Positions 53,116-62,139 of a stretch of DNA of 64,000 nucleotides are shown here, in pieces. How positions within the stretch are numbered: position 1 is the first letter of the stretch; each line of letters begins with the position of its first letter. The notes beneath the pieces were generated by a model. It saw only the letters and a list, made by a program, of their open reading frames with translations. It was not told where the DNA came from and made no database searches. Source of the stretch: an uncultured delta proteobacterium (GTDB lineage: Bacteria; Desulfobacterota; Desulfobacteria; Desulfobacterales; B30-G6); NCBI GenBank assembly GCA_963823335.1, contig CAWGLD010000006.1:128314-192313 (forward strand), read 5' to 3'. The position numbers and the translations under genes were made by a program.

Positions 53116-54000
53116 ATGGAACGTATTCTTCAGTATACCGTATCAGGTCTCAGCCAGGGAAGTCTCTACGCCCTGGTAGCCTTGGGCGTCGTCCTCATCT
53201 ACCGTTCGAACAGGGTGCTCAACTTTGCTCACGGAGACGTCACGACAGCCGGTACCTTCATCGCACTTTCTTTCATGCTGATGAATTTTAACTGGTGGCT
53301 GGCCGCCTCCCTGTCCCTAATTATGGGAGCCGTGATATCCATTCTGTTCTATTTTGTTATCCTCCTACCTGCACAACGACGTGAAGCCACCCCGCTGGGG
53401 CAGGTGATCTTGACCCTGGGCTTTGGCCTCATTCTCCAGGGATTGATACTCAAATTCTGTAACACCGCCGAACCCCAGAACTTCCCCTTCCCGCTTTCGG
53501 ACACCAAGGTGTTCATGTTCGGAAATATCATCGTCAGTCATCTCAGCCTTGGGACTCTCGTGGTGGGAATTGTGGGCAGTCTTCTTTTCTATCTTCTCAT
53601 CCAAAAAACCCGCATCGGTCTGGCCATGCGAGCCACATCGGAAAACCTGCAGGCAGCCCAGACGCTTGGCATCCCTACCCGTGGCATCCTGGCCCTTTCC
53701 TGGGGGATGGCAGCGTTTATCGGTGTACTGGCGGGACTTTTTTTGGCTGCCCAACTTCTCATCGACCCTTTTTTCATGCTGGAACCCTTTTTAAAAGGAT
53801 TTGCTGCTGCCATTCTGGGCGGACTCAACAGTCTGCCCGGTGCCATTGTCGGCGGTTTGACATTAGGTGTGGTCGAAGCATTATTTGGCGGGTTCATCTC
53901 TGTCGCCTTTAAAAACACCCTGGCATTTCTGATCATCATCATTGTGCTCGTTTTCAGGCCCGAGGGGCTGTTGGGTAAAGAGTTCATCGAACGTATATAA
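53116..54000 (+). CDS. livH: branched-chain-amino-acid-type ABC permease (LivH-like)
   Basis: 294 aa. The N-terminus LSQGSLYALVALGVVLIYRSNRVLNFAHGD is typical of LivH. Confidence 0.85.
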   Translation: MERILQYTVSGLSQGSLYALVALGVVLIYRSNRVLNFAHGDVTTAGTFIALSFMLMNFNWWLAASLSLIMGAVISILFYFVILLPAQRREATPLGQVILTLGFGLILQGLILKFCNTAEPQNFPFPLSDTKVFMFGNIIVSHLSLGTLVVGIVGSLLFYLLIQKTRIGLAMRATSENLQAAQTLGIPTRGILALSWGMAAFIGVLAGLFLAAQLLIDPFFMLEPFLKGFAAAILGGLNSLPGAIVGGLTLGVVEALFGGFISVAFKNTLAFLIIIIVLVFRPEGLLGKEFIERI

Positions 54001-54002
54001 GA

Positions 54003-54043
54003 ATAAATTCGTATTGCGAATTTATCATACGCGACGCTGTCGC
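54003..54043. repeat. W8 bipartite hairpin
   Basis: ATAAATTCG-TATTG-CGAATTTAT, then CATAC, then GCGAC-GCT-GTCGC, starting 3 nt after the livH stop. Confidence 0.75.
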
Positions 54044-54188
54044 TCTACGCTTCGCTTGATTTGGGATAAAAACGTTTCTTACGTTTAAACCATGATCAGC
54101 GATTAATTACGCGCGCAGCGCAAATGTCGCCCGTAGGGCTAATGACATACCGGCAGAGCCACAACTCTTTTTTTATGGAGATAATCGT

Positions 54189-55463
54189 ATGACTGACGAT
54201 CTGCTCAAGAAGGCCAAAAAATATCGCTGGTACATTTTCTGGATCCTCGCTCTTGGATATGTTCTGGTATACTTCCATCGACTCTGCCCGGCGGTCGTTG
54301 CGGTGGAAATGATGAAGGACCTCAATGCCACCGGCGCTTTGACCGGATTTCTGGGCGCCGCCTATTTCTACCCGTATGCAGCCATGCAGTTGCCGGCCGG
54401 ACTCCTGTCGGACTCCTGGGGACCCCGGAACACCATTACCCTCTTTTTCATCATCGCCTTTTTCGGATCCGTCATTCTCGGTCTGGCACCCTCTGTTTCT
54501 ATCGCAATCGTGGGACGGACTTTGGTGGGGCTTGGCGTTGCCATGCTTTTTGTGCCCACCATGAAGATCCTGGCAGAGTGGTTTCATATCAAAGAATTCG
54601 CCACCATGACCGGTATTCTCATGGCACTGGGCGGTGTGGGCTCTCTGATAGCCGCAACACCACTGGTTTGGGTCAGCAGCTGGATAGGTTGGCGACAGTC
54701 ATTCATTCTGGTGGGTGTCATCACTGTGGTTCTGGCAATTCTCGTGTACTTGATTGTTCGGGATCGACCCGCAATAATGGGCTGGCCTTCCCCGGCCGGG
54801 ACACCCCAGGCACCACCAAAACCCATTGCCCTCATGGCGGGTGTCAAGAAAGTGCTCACTACCCCATTTTTCTGGCCCGTGGCGATTTGGTTTTTCTTTG
54901 ACTGTGCTATTTTTTTCTCATTCGGTGGTCTTTGGGGCGGCCCTTATCTCATGCAGGTCTATGGCTACAGCAAAGCCCAGTCCGGACATATTCTCTCCAT
55001 GCTGGCCATCGGCATGATCGTCGGCAGTCCTCTGCTGAGCTATTTTTCGAACACAGTGCTCAGATCCAGAAAAATTGCCGTTATGATTTCGAGTGTGATG
55101 GTTCTCTGTCTGGTTTTCCCGCTTGCTTTTTTTACGGCAGAAATTCCCCTCATGGGGCATTACATCATCTGTCTGGGGCTGGGAATGTTTTCCAGCGCCA
55201 TCGTGGTTATCGGTTTCACCACCAACAAGGAACTCTTTCCGGTTCAAATGGCCGGAACTGCCACCGGCATGATCAATCTGTTCCCTTTTTCAGGTGGTGC
55301 TGTGTTTCAACCGGTTCTGGGTTATGTGTTGGAAAAACAAGGCCGCATAGAGGGCGCATTTACTCTGGGTGGCTATCAGCAGGCGTTTCTGGTTCTGTTT
55401 GCCTGCAGTGTCATTGCCTTGATCGCCAGTTTTTTCTTCAAGGAAACACTTCAAAAAGGCTGA
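54189..55463 (+). CDS. MFS transporter
   Basis: 424 aa with about 12 predicted TM helices and the MFS loop motif GLLSDSWGPR. Confidence 0.8.
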   Translation: MTDDLLKKAKKYRWYIFWILALGYVLVYFHRLCPAVVAVEMMKDLNATGALTGFLGAAYFYPYAAMQLPAGLLSDSWGPRNTITLFFIIAFFGSVILGLAPSVSIAIVGRTLVGLGVAMLFVPTMKILAEWFHIKEFATMTGILMALGGVGSLIAATPLVWVSSWIGWRQSFILVGVITVVLAILVYLIVRDRPAIMGWPSPAGTPQAPPKPIALMAGVKKVLTTPFFWPVAIWFFFDCAIFFSFGGLWGGPYLMQVYGYSKAQSGHILSMLAIGMIVGSPLLSYFSNTVLRSRKIAVMISSVMVLCLVFPLAFFTAEIPLMGHYIICLGLGMFSSAIVVIGFTTNKELFPVQMAGTATGMINLFPFSGGAVFQPVLGYVLEKQGRIEGAFTLGGYQQAFLVLFACSVIALIASFFFKETLQKG

Positions 55464-55473
55464 AAGCCTTTTT
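55453..55473 (+). terminator. possible terminator hairpin overlapping the MFS stop codon
   Basis: AAAAAGGC-TGAAA-GCCTTTTT. The T run is short and lies inside the stem. Confidence 0.35.
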
Positions 55474-56011
55474 GGGTTATTGAGTTTGTTGGGTTTATTG
55501 AGTTCGTTGGGTTCGTTGCGTTTATTATTTGGGTGCAGTAAATGCCGATTAGAAGGTTTGAAGATATTGATGCATGGAAAGAGGCCAGAAAACTTGTTAT
55601 TTTGGTCTATCAGGCGATTGATTCCAATGATTTTTTCAGAAAAGATTACAGACTTGTCAATCAAATTCAAGGTGCGGCAGTTTCTGCAATGTCAAATATT
55701 GCAGAGGGTTTTTCAAGAAGAAGCAACAAAGAATTCATCCAGTTTCTTTTTATTTCGAAAAGTTCAGCTGCAGAGGTTCAAAGTCAACTATACGTCGCCC
55801 TCGACCAGAAATATATCGACAATGAAACATTTAATAAACTTTATTCACAAGCCGAAACAGTTTCAAGACTTACTTCCGGCTTCATCAAATACCTAAGATC
55901 TCAACTCAACAAACCAAGGCAACCAGGTTAACTCAATGGCACTCCCATATGCCCCAGAGCATTCAACAACTCGACGAACTCAATAAACCCAACGAACCCA
56001 ACGAACACGAC
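55474..56011 (+). mobile_element. IVS-like element: W7 inverted-repeat arms enclosing an intact four-helix-bundle gene
   Basis: The left G/T arm is 55474-55533. The right C/A arm is 55964-56011 (CAACAACTCGACGAACTCAATAAACCCAACGAACCCAACGAACACGAC). The ORF 55542-55931 lies in the loop. Confidence 0.7.
55542..55931 (+). CDS. four-helix-bundle protein (23S rRNA intervening-sequence protein / S23p family, Avd-related)
   Basis: 129 aa. FEDIDAWKEARKLVILVY, QIQGAAVSAMSNIAEGFSRRSNKEFIQFL and ISKSSAAEVQSQL are the family hallmarks as I recall them. The gene lies in the loop of a W7 inverted repeat. Confidence 0.8.
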   Translation: MPIRRFEDIDAWKEARKLVILVYQAIDSNDFFRKDYRLVNQIQGAAVSAMSNIAEGFSRRSNKEFIQFLFISKSSAAEVQSQLYVALDQKYIDNETFNKLYSQAETVSRLTSGFIKYLRSQLNKPRQPG

Positions 56012-56085
56012 AATCCTCTCTTGAAAATCATTCAAAACAGTTTATAGTTAGAATATCATTATCCAATTTAATTTGGGGGTATCGT

Positions 56086-56535
56086 ATGAAACTCAAACAA
56101 ATCACCATTTCAATTGAAAATGAGCCCGGTCGACTACTGGAAGTAACGGAGGCCCTGGGCAATGCCGGGATCAACCTCCGGGCACTCAATCTGGTGGACA
56201 CCGGCGCCTTTGGTCAGCTGCGATTGCTTGTCTCCGATGTCAGAAAAACCCGTCACATCCTGATGGGTTTGCAAGCGGCAGCTCATGTCGAAGAAGTCGT
56301 TGCAGCAGAAATCGAAGACAAATCCGGCAGTTTGGCGGCCATCTTAAAACCACTCAAGGCTGCAAACATCAATGTTGTTTTCATGTACGCCTTTATTGGC
56401 TTGTCATCCGACAAGGCCGTCATGATCTTCAAATTCAGCGACAACGACAGGGCAATAGAACTCCTTCAAAGCATTCATGTCCGTATACTGGATGCCAAAG
56501 CCTTTGGCATCCTGGAGTCGGGGAACAACCATTAG
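56086..56535 (+). CDS. ACT domain-containing protein (tandem ACT)
   Basis: 149 aa. Two beta-alpha-beta-beta-alpha-beta-like halves begin ITISIENEPGRLLEVTEAL and VAAEIEDKSGSLAAILKPL. Confidence 0.7.
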   Translation: MKLKQITISIENEPGRLLEVTEALGNAGINLRALNLVDTGAFGQLRLLVSDVRKTRHILMGLQAAAHVEEVVAAEIEDKSGSLAAILKPLKAANINVVFMYAFIGLSSDKAVMIFKFSDNDRAIELLQSIHVRILDAKAFGILESGNNH

Positions 56536-56572
56536 GCTGTTAGGCTGTAGACTATGAGGGTTTGAGGGTAGC
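56533..56572. repeat. W6 words followed by short W1 words
   Basis: TAGGCTGTTAGGCTGTAGACTATGAGGGTTTGAGGGTAGC, starting on the TAG stop (56533-56535) of the ACT gene. Confidence 0.6.
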
Positions 56573-56629
56573 GTTCATTAATCAGATCGCTTTTTCGTAA
56601 AGCGCTAAATTGTTTTGACGTTGAGAAAC

Positions 56630-56947
56630 GAGTGAACATCGAACGTCCAACATCGAACATCGAATTTTGAACCGCAACAGCGTGCGCATTCCCGTAGGTT
56701 CTGCCGCACGGCAGAACATTCCTCGTAGCTTGCTGCGAGGTTCTTCAATTTAAAAAGAAGAAGAAACAGGCAAATCGTTGAAGGGCTTCCAAATATCAGA
56801 GCAAGTAAACATGTTGTGGCCAATTGTTAAGATTGAAAGCGTTGCCATACCCAAGGCATCAAACAAATTGAAAAGAAACAGATATAATTCGATATTGATA
56901 TTTGTTTTCATTCGATGTTGGACGTTGGACGTTCGATGTTCGACGTT
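56630..56947. repeat. W2 hairpin element (318 bp) with T13 variant in loop
   Basis: The left arm is GAGTGAACATCGAACGTCCAACATCGAACATCGAATTTTG. T13 lies at 56668-56749. The right arm is TTCATTCGATGTTGGACGTTGGACGTTCGATGTTCGACGTT. Confidence 0.75.
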
Positions 56948-56977
56948 ATTCTTTTAAATAGTAACTCGGTAAATAAA

Positions 56978-59302
56978 ATGAACAAACAACCATCTAGTGA
57001 CTCCCACGGCCTGGAGGATGCCGGAAGCTTAGAAGCCTGTGACATACCTCAGGACCGCTATCGTGTTTTCATTCAGGACGTTGCCGATGCATTTTTTGAA
57101 ACAAACATTCAGGGAGATTTTATATTCTTCAACGACGCGCTGTGCCGTATATTCGGATATTCCAGAGAGGAGATCGAACATCAGAATTTCAGGCTTTTTA
57201 TGGACGGTGCCACTGCTGAATATGCCTTTGACAGCTTCAACAAGATGTTCGAAACGGGAAAAGGTGTCAACAACATCCTATGGGAAATATCCAGAAAAGA
57301 TGGTGGAACCCGAATACTCGAAATAAATGCCAACCTCTTAGAAGATACAAACGGTGTCAAGGTAGGATTTCAGGGTATCGCCAGGGATGTTACCGACAAG
57401 ATCAAAGCCGAGCAGGCATTGAAAGCATCGGACAAGCAAATCCAGGAGCAGTATCTGGCCAGCCGCATGGCAGAGCAGCGCTATCGCTCATTTATGGAAT
57501 TCATGCCGGTTCCGGTGTTTGTCTTCAATATGGATGGCACCGTCTCTTATCTTAACCCGGCATTTGAAAAAACATTTGGATGGACACTGGGCGAGCTCGA
57601 GGGCCGACATATCTCTTTTGTACCGGAGGATCAGAAGGCAAAAACCCGTCAGGGTATTCAGCAGCTCTTTGAAAAGAAAAGAATAACGGGCTTCAAAACC
57701 CAGCGTCTTACCAAGGACGGAAAAATTCTCGATATTGTTTTGGATGGCGCTATTTTTTATGACGAGAACAACCAGCCCGCCGGTCAGGTAGTCACACTCC
57801 AGGACGTCACACAGGAAAACCGCGGCGCCCGCATCAACCAGGCCCTCTTCAGGATCGCCCAGGCACTCTATCAATTCAGGGGACTGGACGAACGGCTGGA
57901 ATTTATTGCCAAGGAAGTCAAGGAGCTCATCGACGGCAGCGGCGCCATGGTCATTCTGGTGGATCATAAAACAAACGAATTCTTTTTTCGCGAAGCCGCT
58001 TTTGAAAGCGAAATCACCGGCCAGAAAATAAAAGAACTTCGCTTTCCCCTGGACAAGGGTGTCGCCGGAGAAGTCTATCGTACCGGCAAACCCATGATCG
58101 TCAACGACACCTCTAAAAACCCTCATATCTTCAGAAAAGTAGATGACCAGGCCGGGATGCAGACCCACAGCATGCTGGATGTCCCCATCCATATCGAAAA
58201 CCGGATGATCGGGGTTTTGTGCATTGTCAACAAGCGCAGCGGCCCCTTTGACCAGGCAGACACCGACCTGGTGAGTACCATCGCCAACATGGTGGCACTT
58301 CCCATCGAAAATGCCCGTATCAACGAAGCCCTCCGAAAGTCCTATGAAAATGTCACAAACCTGAACAGGGCCAAAGACCGGGTGATTCACCATCTGTCCC
58401 ACGAACTCAAAACACCCGTGTCTGTTTTATCAGCCTCATTGAATCTTTTAAAGAAACGATATCAGGGGCCCGACGCAGCAGGTCTTTCGAAAATCCTGGA
58501 TCGTGCCGAACGGAATCTCGATCGGATCCTGGACATGCAGTATGAAATCGAAGATATCATGGATCGACGTGACTATCGGAGTCATCGTATGCTCTCTTCC
58601 CTGCTGGATGTCTGTCAAGACGAACTCGAGGTCATGGTTGCCGATGAAACTGGTTCGGAACGATTTACAGATCGTTTGCGGCATCGTATCGACAGCCTTT
58701 TTGGTCCACGCAATATCATATCTGAGGAAATCAAACCCGCTTCTCTTTTATCGAATCTTTTTGAATCGTTGCGCCCTCGTTTCGCACATCGTTCTTTTGA
58801 CATCGAAACACGCTTTGATCCTACCGAAGCGATATTGATTCCCCCGGAAGTCCTGACTAAAATTGCGGAAGGGCTTATTCGTAATGCCATTGAAAACACA
58901 CCGGATGGCGGGCGCATTGTCATATCGTTGACCCAGGGATCCAAGGGGCCTGAGTTGGTTGTCCAGGATTTTGGCGTGGGGATATCGGAAGAGAACCAGC
59001 GCTTGATTTTCGAAAACTATTTCACGGCATATGAGACAGCCCAATACGCATCACGCAAACAATATGACTTCAACGCCGGCGGCAAGGGGTTCGATCTTAT
59101 TCGGATACGAATATTTTCCGAAAGATACCACTTTAAATTGAAGATGACATCCAAACGATGCCCTCATCTTACAAACGATAAGGATTCAGGCCCCGGCAGC
59201 ATCGCTGCTTGTGAGCATTGCAGAAAAGATGCAGATTGTTTATCATCCGGAACCACCATGACAGTACTGTTTTTACCGGCTAAGACGGTAGCGGTTCAAT
59301 GA
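56978..59302 (+). CDS. sensor histidine kinase with two PAS domains and a GAF domain
   Basis: The H-box is HHLSHELKTPVS. PAS-like repeats and a GAF region (GVAGEVYRTGKPMIVND) are present, with a divergent HATPase. The C-terminus is Cys-rich (CPH..CEHC..C). The start was moved to the ATG at 56978, because upstream codons translate a W2 arm. Confidence 0.8.
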   Translation: MNKQPSSDSHGLEDAGSLEACDIPQDRYRVFIQDVADAFFETNIQGDFIFFNDALCRIFGYSREEIEHQNFRLFMDGATAEYAFDSFNKMFETGKGVNNILWEISRKDGGTRILEINANLLEDTNGVKVGFQGIARDVTDKIKAEQALKASDKQIQEQYLASRMAEQRYRSFMEFMPVPVFVFNMDGTVSYLNPAFEKTFGWTLGELEGRHISFVPEDQKAKTRQGIQQLFEKKRITGFKTQRLTKDGKILDIVLDGAIFYDENNQPAGQVVTLQDVTQENRGARINQALFRIAQALYQFRGLDERLEFIAKEVKELIDGSGAMVILVDHKTNEFFFREAAFESEITGQKIKELRFPLDKGVAGEVYRTGKPMIVNDTSKNPHIFRKVDDQAGMQTHSMLDVPIHIENRMIGVLCIVNKRSGPFDQADTDLVSTIANMVALPIENARINEALRKSYENVTNLNRAKDRVIHHLSHELKTPVSVLSASLNLLKKRYQGPDAAGLSKILDRAERNLDRILDMQYEIEDIMDRRDYRSHRMLSSLLDVCQDELEVMVADETGSERFTDRLRHRIDSLFGPRNIISEEIKPASLLSNLFESLRPRFAHRSFDIETRFDPTEAILIPPEVLTKIAEGLIRNAIENTPDGGRIVISLTQGSKGPELVVQDFGVGISEENQRLIFENYFTAYETAQYASRKQYDFNAGGKGFDLIRIRIFSERYHFKLKMTSKRCPHLTNDKDSGPGSIAACEHCRKDADCLSSGTTMTVLFLPAKTVAVQ

Positions 59303-59383
59303 TAAATATCATTAACAGAATGTGTTTGGAGCAAATAAAAAAGCATTCGGACTTGTTTAAATTCTTATTATTGATGTAATACA

Positions 59384-59472
59384 CATTGGAATGCTGAACG
59401 ACCGGAATATTGGAATGATGGAAGGTTGGAATAGCGTTACACACTTAGACCAACCCAACATTCCATTATTCC
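59384..59472. repeat. W9 hairpin element (GGAATRWT words)
   Basis: CATTGGAATGCTGAACGACCGGAATATTGGAATGATGGAAGGTTGGAATAGC, a loop, then CCAACCCAACATTCCATTATTCC. Confidence 0.65.
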
Positions 59473-59481
59473 TTTCAAGTA

Positions 59482-60282
59482 ATGGAATTCAACATGAACG
59501 AAAAAGAACAATTCCCAAAAAATGATTCCTTCTTTCAAGAACTGTCCGTAGAGTTCCTCATTCACGAGCTCAAAGATCCCATTGCGGTGATCGAAACAGG
59601 TGCACGTACCCTGCTTGAAAAACAGGACAAATTCGGATCCCTGTCATCTCGCCAAGAAAAGACCATGAGCCGGATCATACGTAATGCCGGCAAGGCACGG
59701 GAAATGTTGTACAGCCTGCTGGAGGTGGGACGATCCGAAGCCGGCAGCTTTGCCTGTGATCAGTTTAAACCCGTAGAAACGACTTTTGACGTGCTGGCAA
59801 ACTGCCTGGAAGTGCATGACCCTTCTATTACCGATGAAATGCACCAGAATCCGGACATGGCTCAAGTTTTGACCACTCTCATTTCATACGGTATTTCAGT
59901 ATCTTCTGAACCGGACCTGCTTCAGATGGACATGCATCAGGATCAGGTTAAGTATCGCCAAATTGTCGGGAATCTTGTAAAAAATGCCCTGCATTTCCGG
60001 CGTGAACGCATTGACATCAAAATGGAAAAACACAAAGGCTGCCTGATGGTTACAGTGACGGATGACGGCCCAGGTGTTGAGCCTGAGCAGTGTGAATCTA
60101 TTTTTCAGCGCTATTCTCAAGCAAATGATTGTACTATTACCCAGCGCCAGGGACACGGTTTGGGACTGGCCGGTGCCCGTATCATGGCTCGCTGTTTGGG
60201 TGGTGATATTGAACTGACATGCAGCAAAACCGAAGGCACAAGATTTCAATTGACACTGCCGATAAACTTTACAACGATGTAA
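59482..60282 (+). CDS. histidine kinase without recognisable sensor domain
   Basis: 266 aa. The H-box is IHELKDPIAVI. The HATPase region has DDGPGV and GHGLGLAGARI. Confidence 0.8.
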   Translation: MEFNMNEKEQFPKNDSFFQELSVEFLIHELKDPIAVIETGARTLLEKQDKFGSLSSRQEKTMSRIIRNAGKAREMLYSLLEVGRSEAGSFACDQFKPVETTFDVLANCLEVHDPSITDEMHQNPDMAQVLTTLISYGISVSSEPDLLQMDMHQDQVKYRQIVGNLVKNALHFRRERIDIKMEKHKGCLMVTVTDDGPGVEPEQCESIFQRYSQANDCTITQRQGHGLGLAGARIMARCLGGDIELTCSKTEGTRFQLTLPINFTTM

Positions 60283-60341
60283 ATAATCCTGTCAAATAAA
60301 TCTAATATCGGATTTGTTATTCAAATCGAGGGGGTAATTAA

Positions 60342-60893
60342 ATGACTGGGCATACATTTCTCGCGGGCAAATCGATTTTGGCGGTAGATGATGAAGCGGA
60401 TATCCTGGAGACCATCGAAGATATCCTGGAAGAAGCGAACGTGGACACGGCACGGGACTATGAAAGTGCTTCTGAAAAAATAAGAAAACAGACCTATGAT
60501 CTGGTGATTCTCGATATTATGGGCGTCAACGGCCTGCAACTGTTGGAAGAATCTGTTGCAAAAGGCTTCCCGACCGTCATGCTGACAGCCCATGCCGTCA
60601 ACCCGGAGTCTCTCATGGCCTCCATTCGCAAGGGTGCCATCTCTTATCTCCCTAAAGAGTCCCTGTCAGACCTGGATGAACTTCTGAATGATCTGCTGGG
60701 TGCCTATGAAAGAGGTGAAGCACCCTGGAAACTGCTTTTCAGTAAACTGGGCGCCTATTTTGATGAACGCTTTGGTGCCGACTGGAAAAAGAGCGACAAG
60801 ACATTCTGGTCTGATTTCGACCGCACCTATGAAATCGGCAAAGGCATCCAGGAGCGTTTGAAAAAAGATTCGCGTATCGTCGGTAAATTTTAG
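60342..60893 (+). CDS. response regulator, receiver domain with uncharacterised C-terminal extension
   Basis: 183 aa. LAVDDE, the phospho-acceptor context LVILDIMG and the conserved K in YLPKE are present. No DNA-binding domain is seen. Confidence 0.8.
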   Translation: MTGHTFLAGKSILAVDDEADILETIEDILEEANVDTARDYESASEKIRKQTYDLVILDIMGVNGLQLLEESVAKGFPTVMLTAHAVNPESLMASIRKGAISYLPKESLSDLDELLNDLLGAYERGEAPWKLLFSKLGAYFDERFGADWKKSDKTFWSDFDRTYEIGKGIQERLKKDSRIVGKF

Positions 60894-60912
60894 AAAGTTA
60901 TACCGCTGGGTA

Positions 60913-61244
60913 GATCTTTTTTATTAGCCACAGACACACACAGACCTACACAGACAACCATCGATCGACTTGATCGATGAATACCTATCAATGCCCTGCG
61001 GGCATACTCAAGTATTCCGAGGAGTTGAAGCAAGGGACCAACACAGAAATTGGGCTAAAAAACTTTTTTGAGATAGCTTCTATTCTTTGTCTTAGAAAAT
61101 ATGATGGATTTGTTCGGCCAAGTCGGCCAAACAAATGTCTGTGTTCGTCTGCGAGTGTCTGCGGTAAATAAATAAAACACCTTTCAACTCGTAAACTGTA
61201 ACAACCGTCCGTGCAAGTCCGTGTGTGTCTGTGGCAAAATATAA
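60913..61244. mobile_element. W4 MITE-like element
   Basis: The left TIR is GATCTTTTTTATTAGCCACAGACACACACAGAC. The right end is GTCCGTGTGTGTCTGTGGCAAAATATAATT. Internal hairpins are CATCGATC-GACTT-GATCGATG, ATGCCC-TGCG-GGCAT and TTTGTTCGGCC-AAGTC-GGCCAAACAAA. Confidence 0.7.
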
Positions 61245-62090
61245 TTAAAAACCGTCAGCTAAGAGCATCTTGTCTGCAAGCTCCTTCAACAGTTTCGCCG
61301 CCACCATGGCTGTCATACCATTGATATCTCGCAAGGGATTATACTCCACAATATCCGCGCCTACGATGGGCGCTTTGATCTGCTGAATTACCGAAATGAT
61401 ATCCCGCGTTCTCAAACCACCCGGTTCAAGATGCGATACCCCCGGGGCATAGGCCGGGTCCAGTGCGTCCAGATCGAGAGAGATATAGACCGGCCCGTTA
61501 AGTTTAAGTCTGGAAAGACCTTTTGGCCATGATTTCATATCGATAACCGTAACATTGAACCGATCGGCCTGCTCTTGCAGGTGGGGCGTCATGGTTCGGA
61601 TGCCCACCTGCACCAATTTATGTATGAGCCCCTCTTCCATGATCCGGGCAAACGGGCAGGCATGTGAATATCGATTCCCTTGGAATTCGTCGTAAAGATC
61701 CGGGTGCGCATCAAATTGCAGAATATTCAGATGCGGAAAATGCTTTTCGTAGGCTCGAATAATAGGCAGCGTCACGGCATGGTCTCCCCCCAGAGACAGG
61801 ACCCTTGCCTGGTTATCGAGTAGTTCCTGATAAACATGCTCGATGTGTCCCAGTACATTCATGCTCTTTTTCAGCTCCAGATCGCCCACATCGAAGAAAC
61901 TTTTTTGTTTGACCAGATCAAGCCCACTCTCCGTACATTTATTGGTGGCATCAGAGTTAAATGCTTCCCTGATTTTAGGGGGAGCTTTGGCCGGTCCCTT
62001 CATAAACGAAGAGTTTTCGTCGTAAGGAACCCCTACAACCGCCACGGATTTTCTATCAAGCTTGTTGTCTATTATGTCATTTAAATTCAT
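61245..62090 (-). CDS. speB: agmatinase / ureohydrolase family
   Basis: 281 aa. Mn-binding motifs GGDHAVT, DAHPD and SLDLDALDPAYAPG are present. Confidence 0.85.
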   Translation of the reverse strand: MNLNDIIDNKLDRKSVAVVGVPYDENSSFMKGPAKAPPKIREAFNSDATNKCTESGLDLVKQKSFFDVGDLELKKSMNVLGHIEHVYQELLDNQARVLSLGGDHAVTLPIIRAYEKHFPHLNILQFDAHPDLYDEFQGNRYSHACPFARIMEEGLIHKLVQVGIRTMTPHLQEQADRFNVTVIDMKSWPKGLSRLKLNGPVYISLDLDALDPAYAPGVSHLEPGGLRTRDIISVIQQIKAPIVGADIVEYNPLRDINGMTAMVAAKLLKELADKMLLADGF

Positions 62091-62139
62091 ATTGTTATAT
62101 CTTTATATTAACAATTAAGAACTCATAATTGCCCATATT

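Noticed and set aside
55542-55931. A diversity-generating retroelement, since the 4HB protein is Avd-related.
   Set aside because: No reverse transcriptase gene and no template/variable repeat pair with adenine-specific differences is visible near either 4HB locus.
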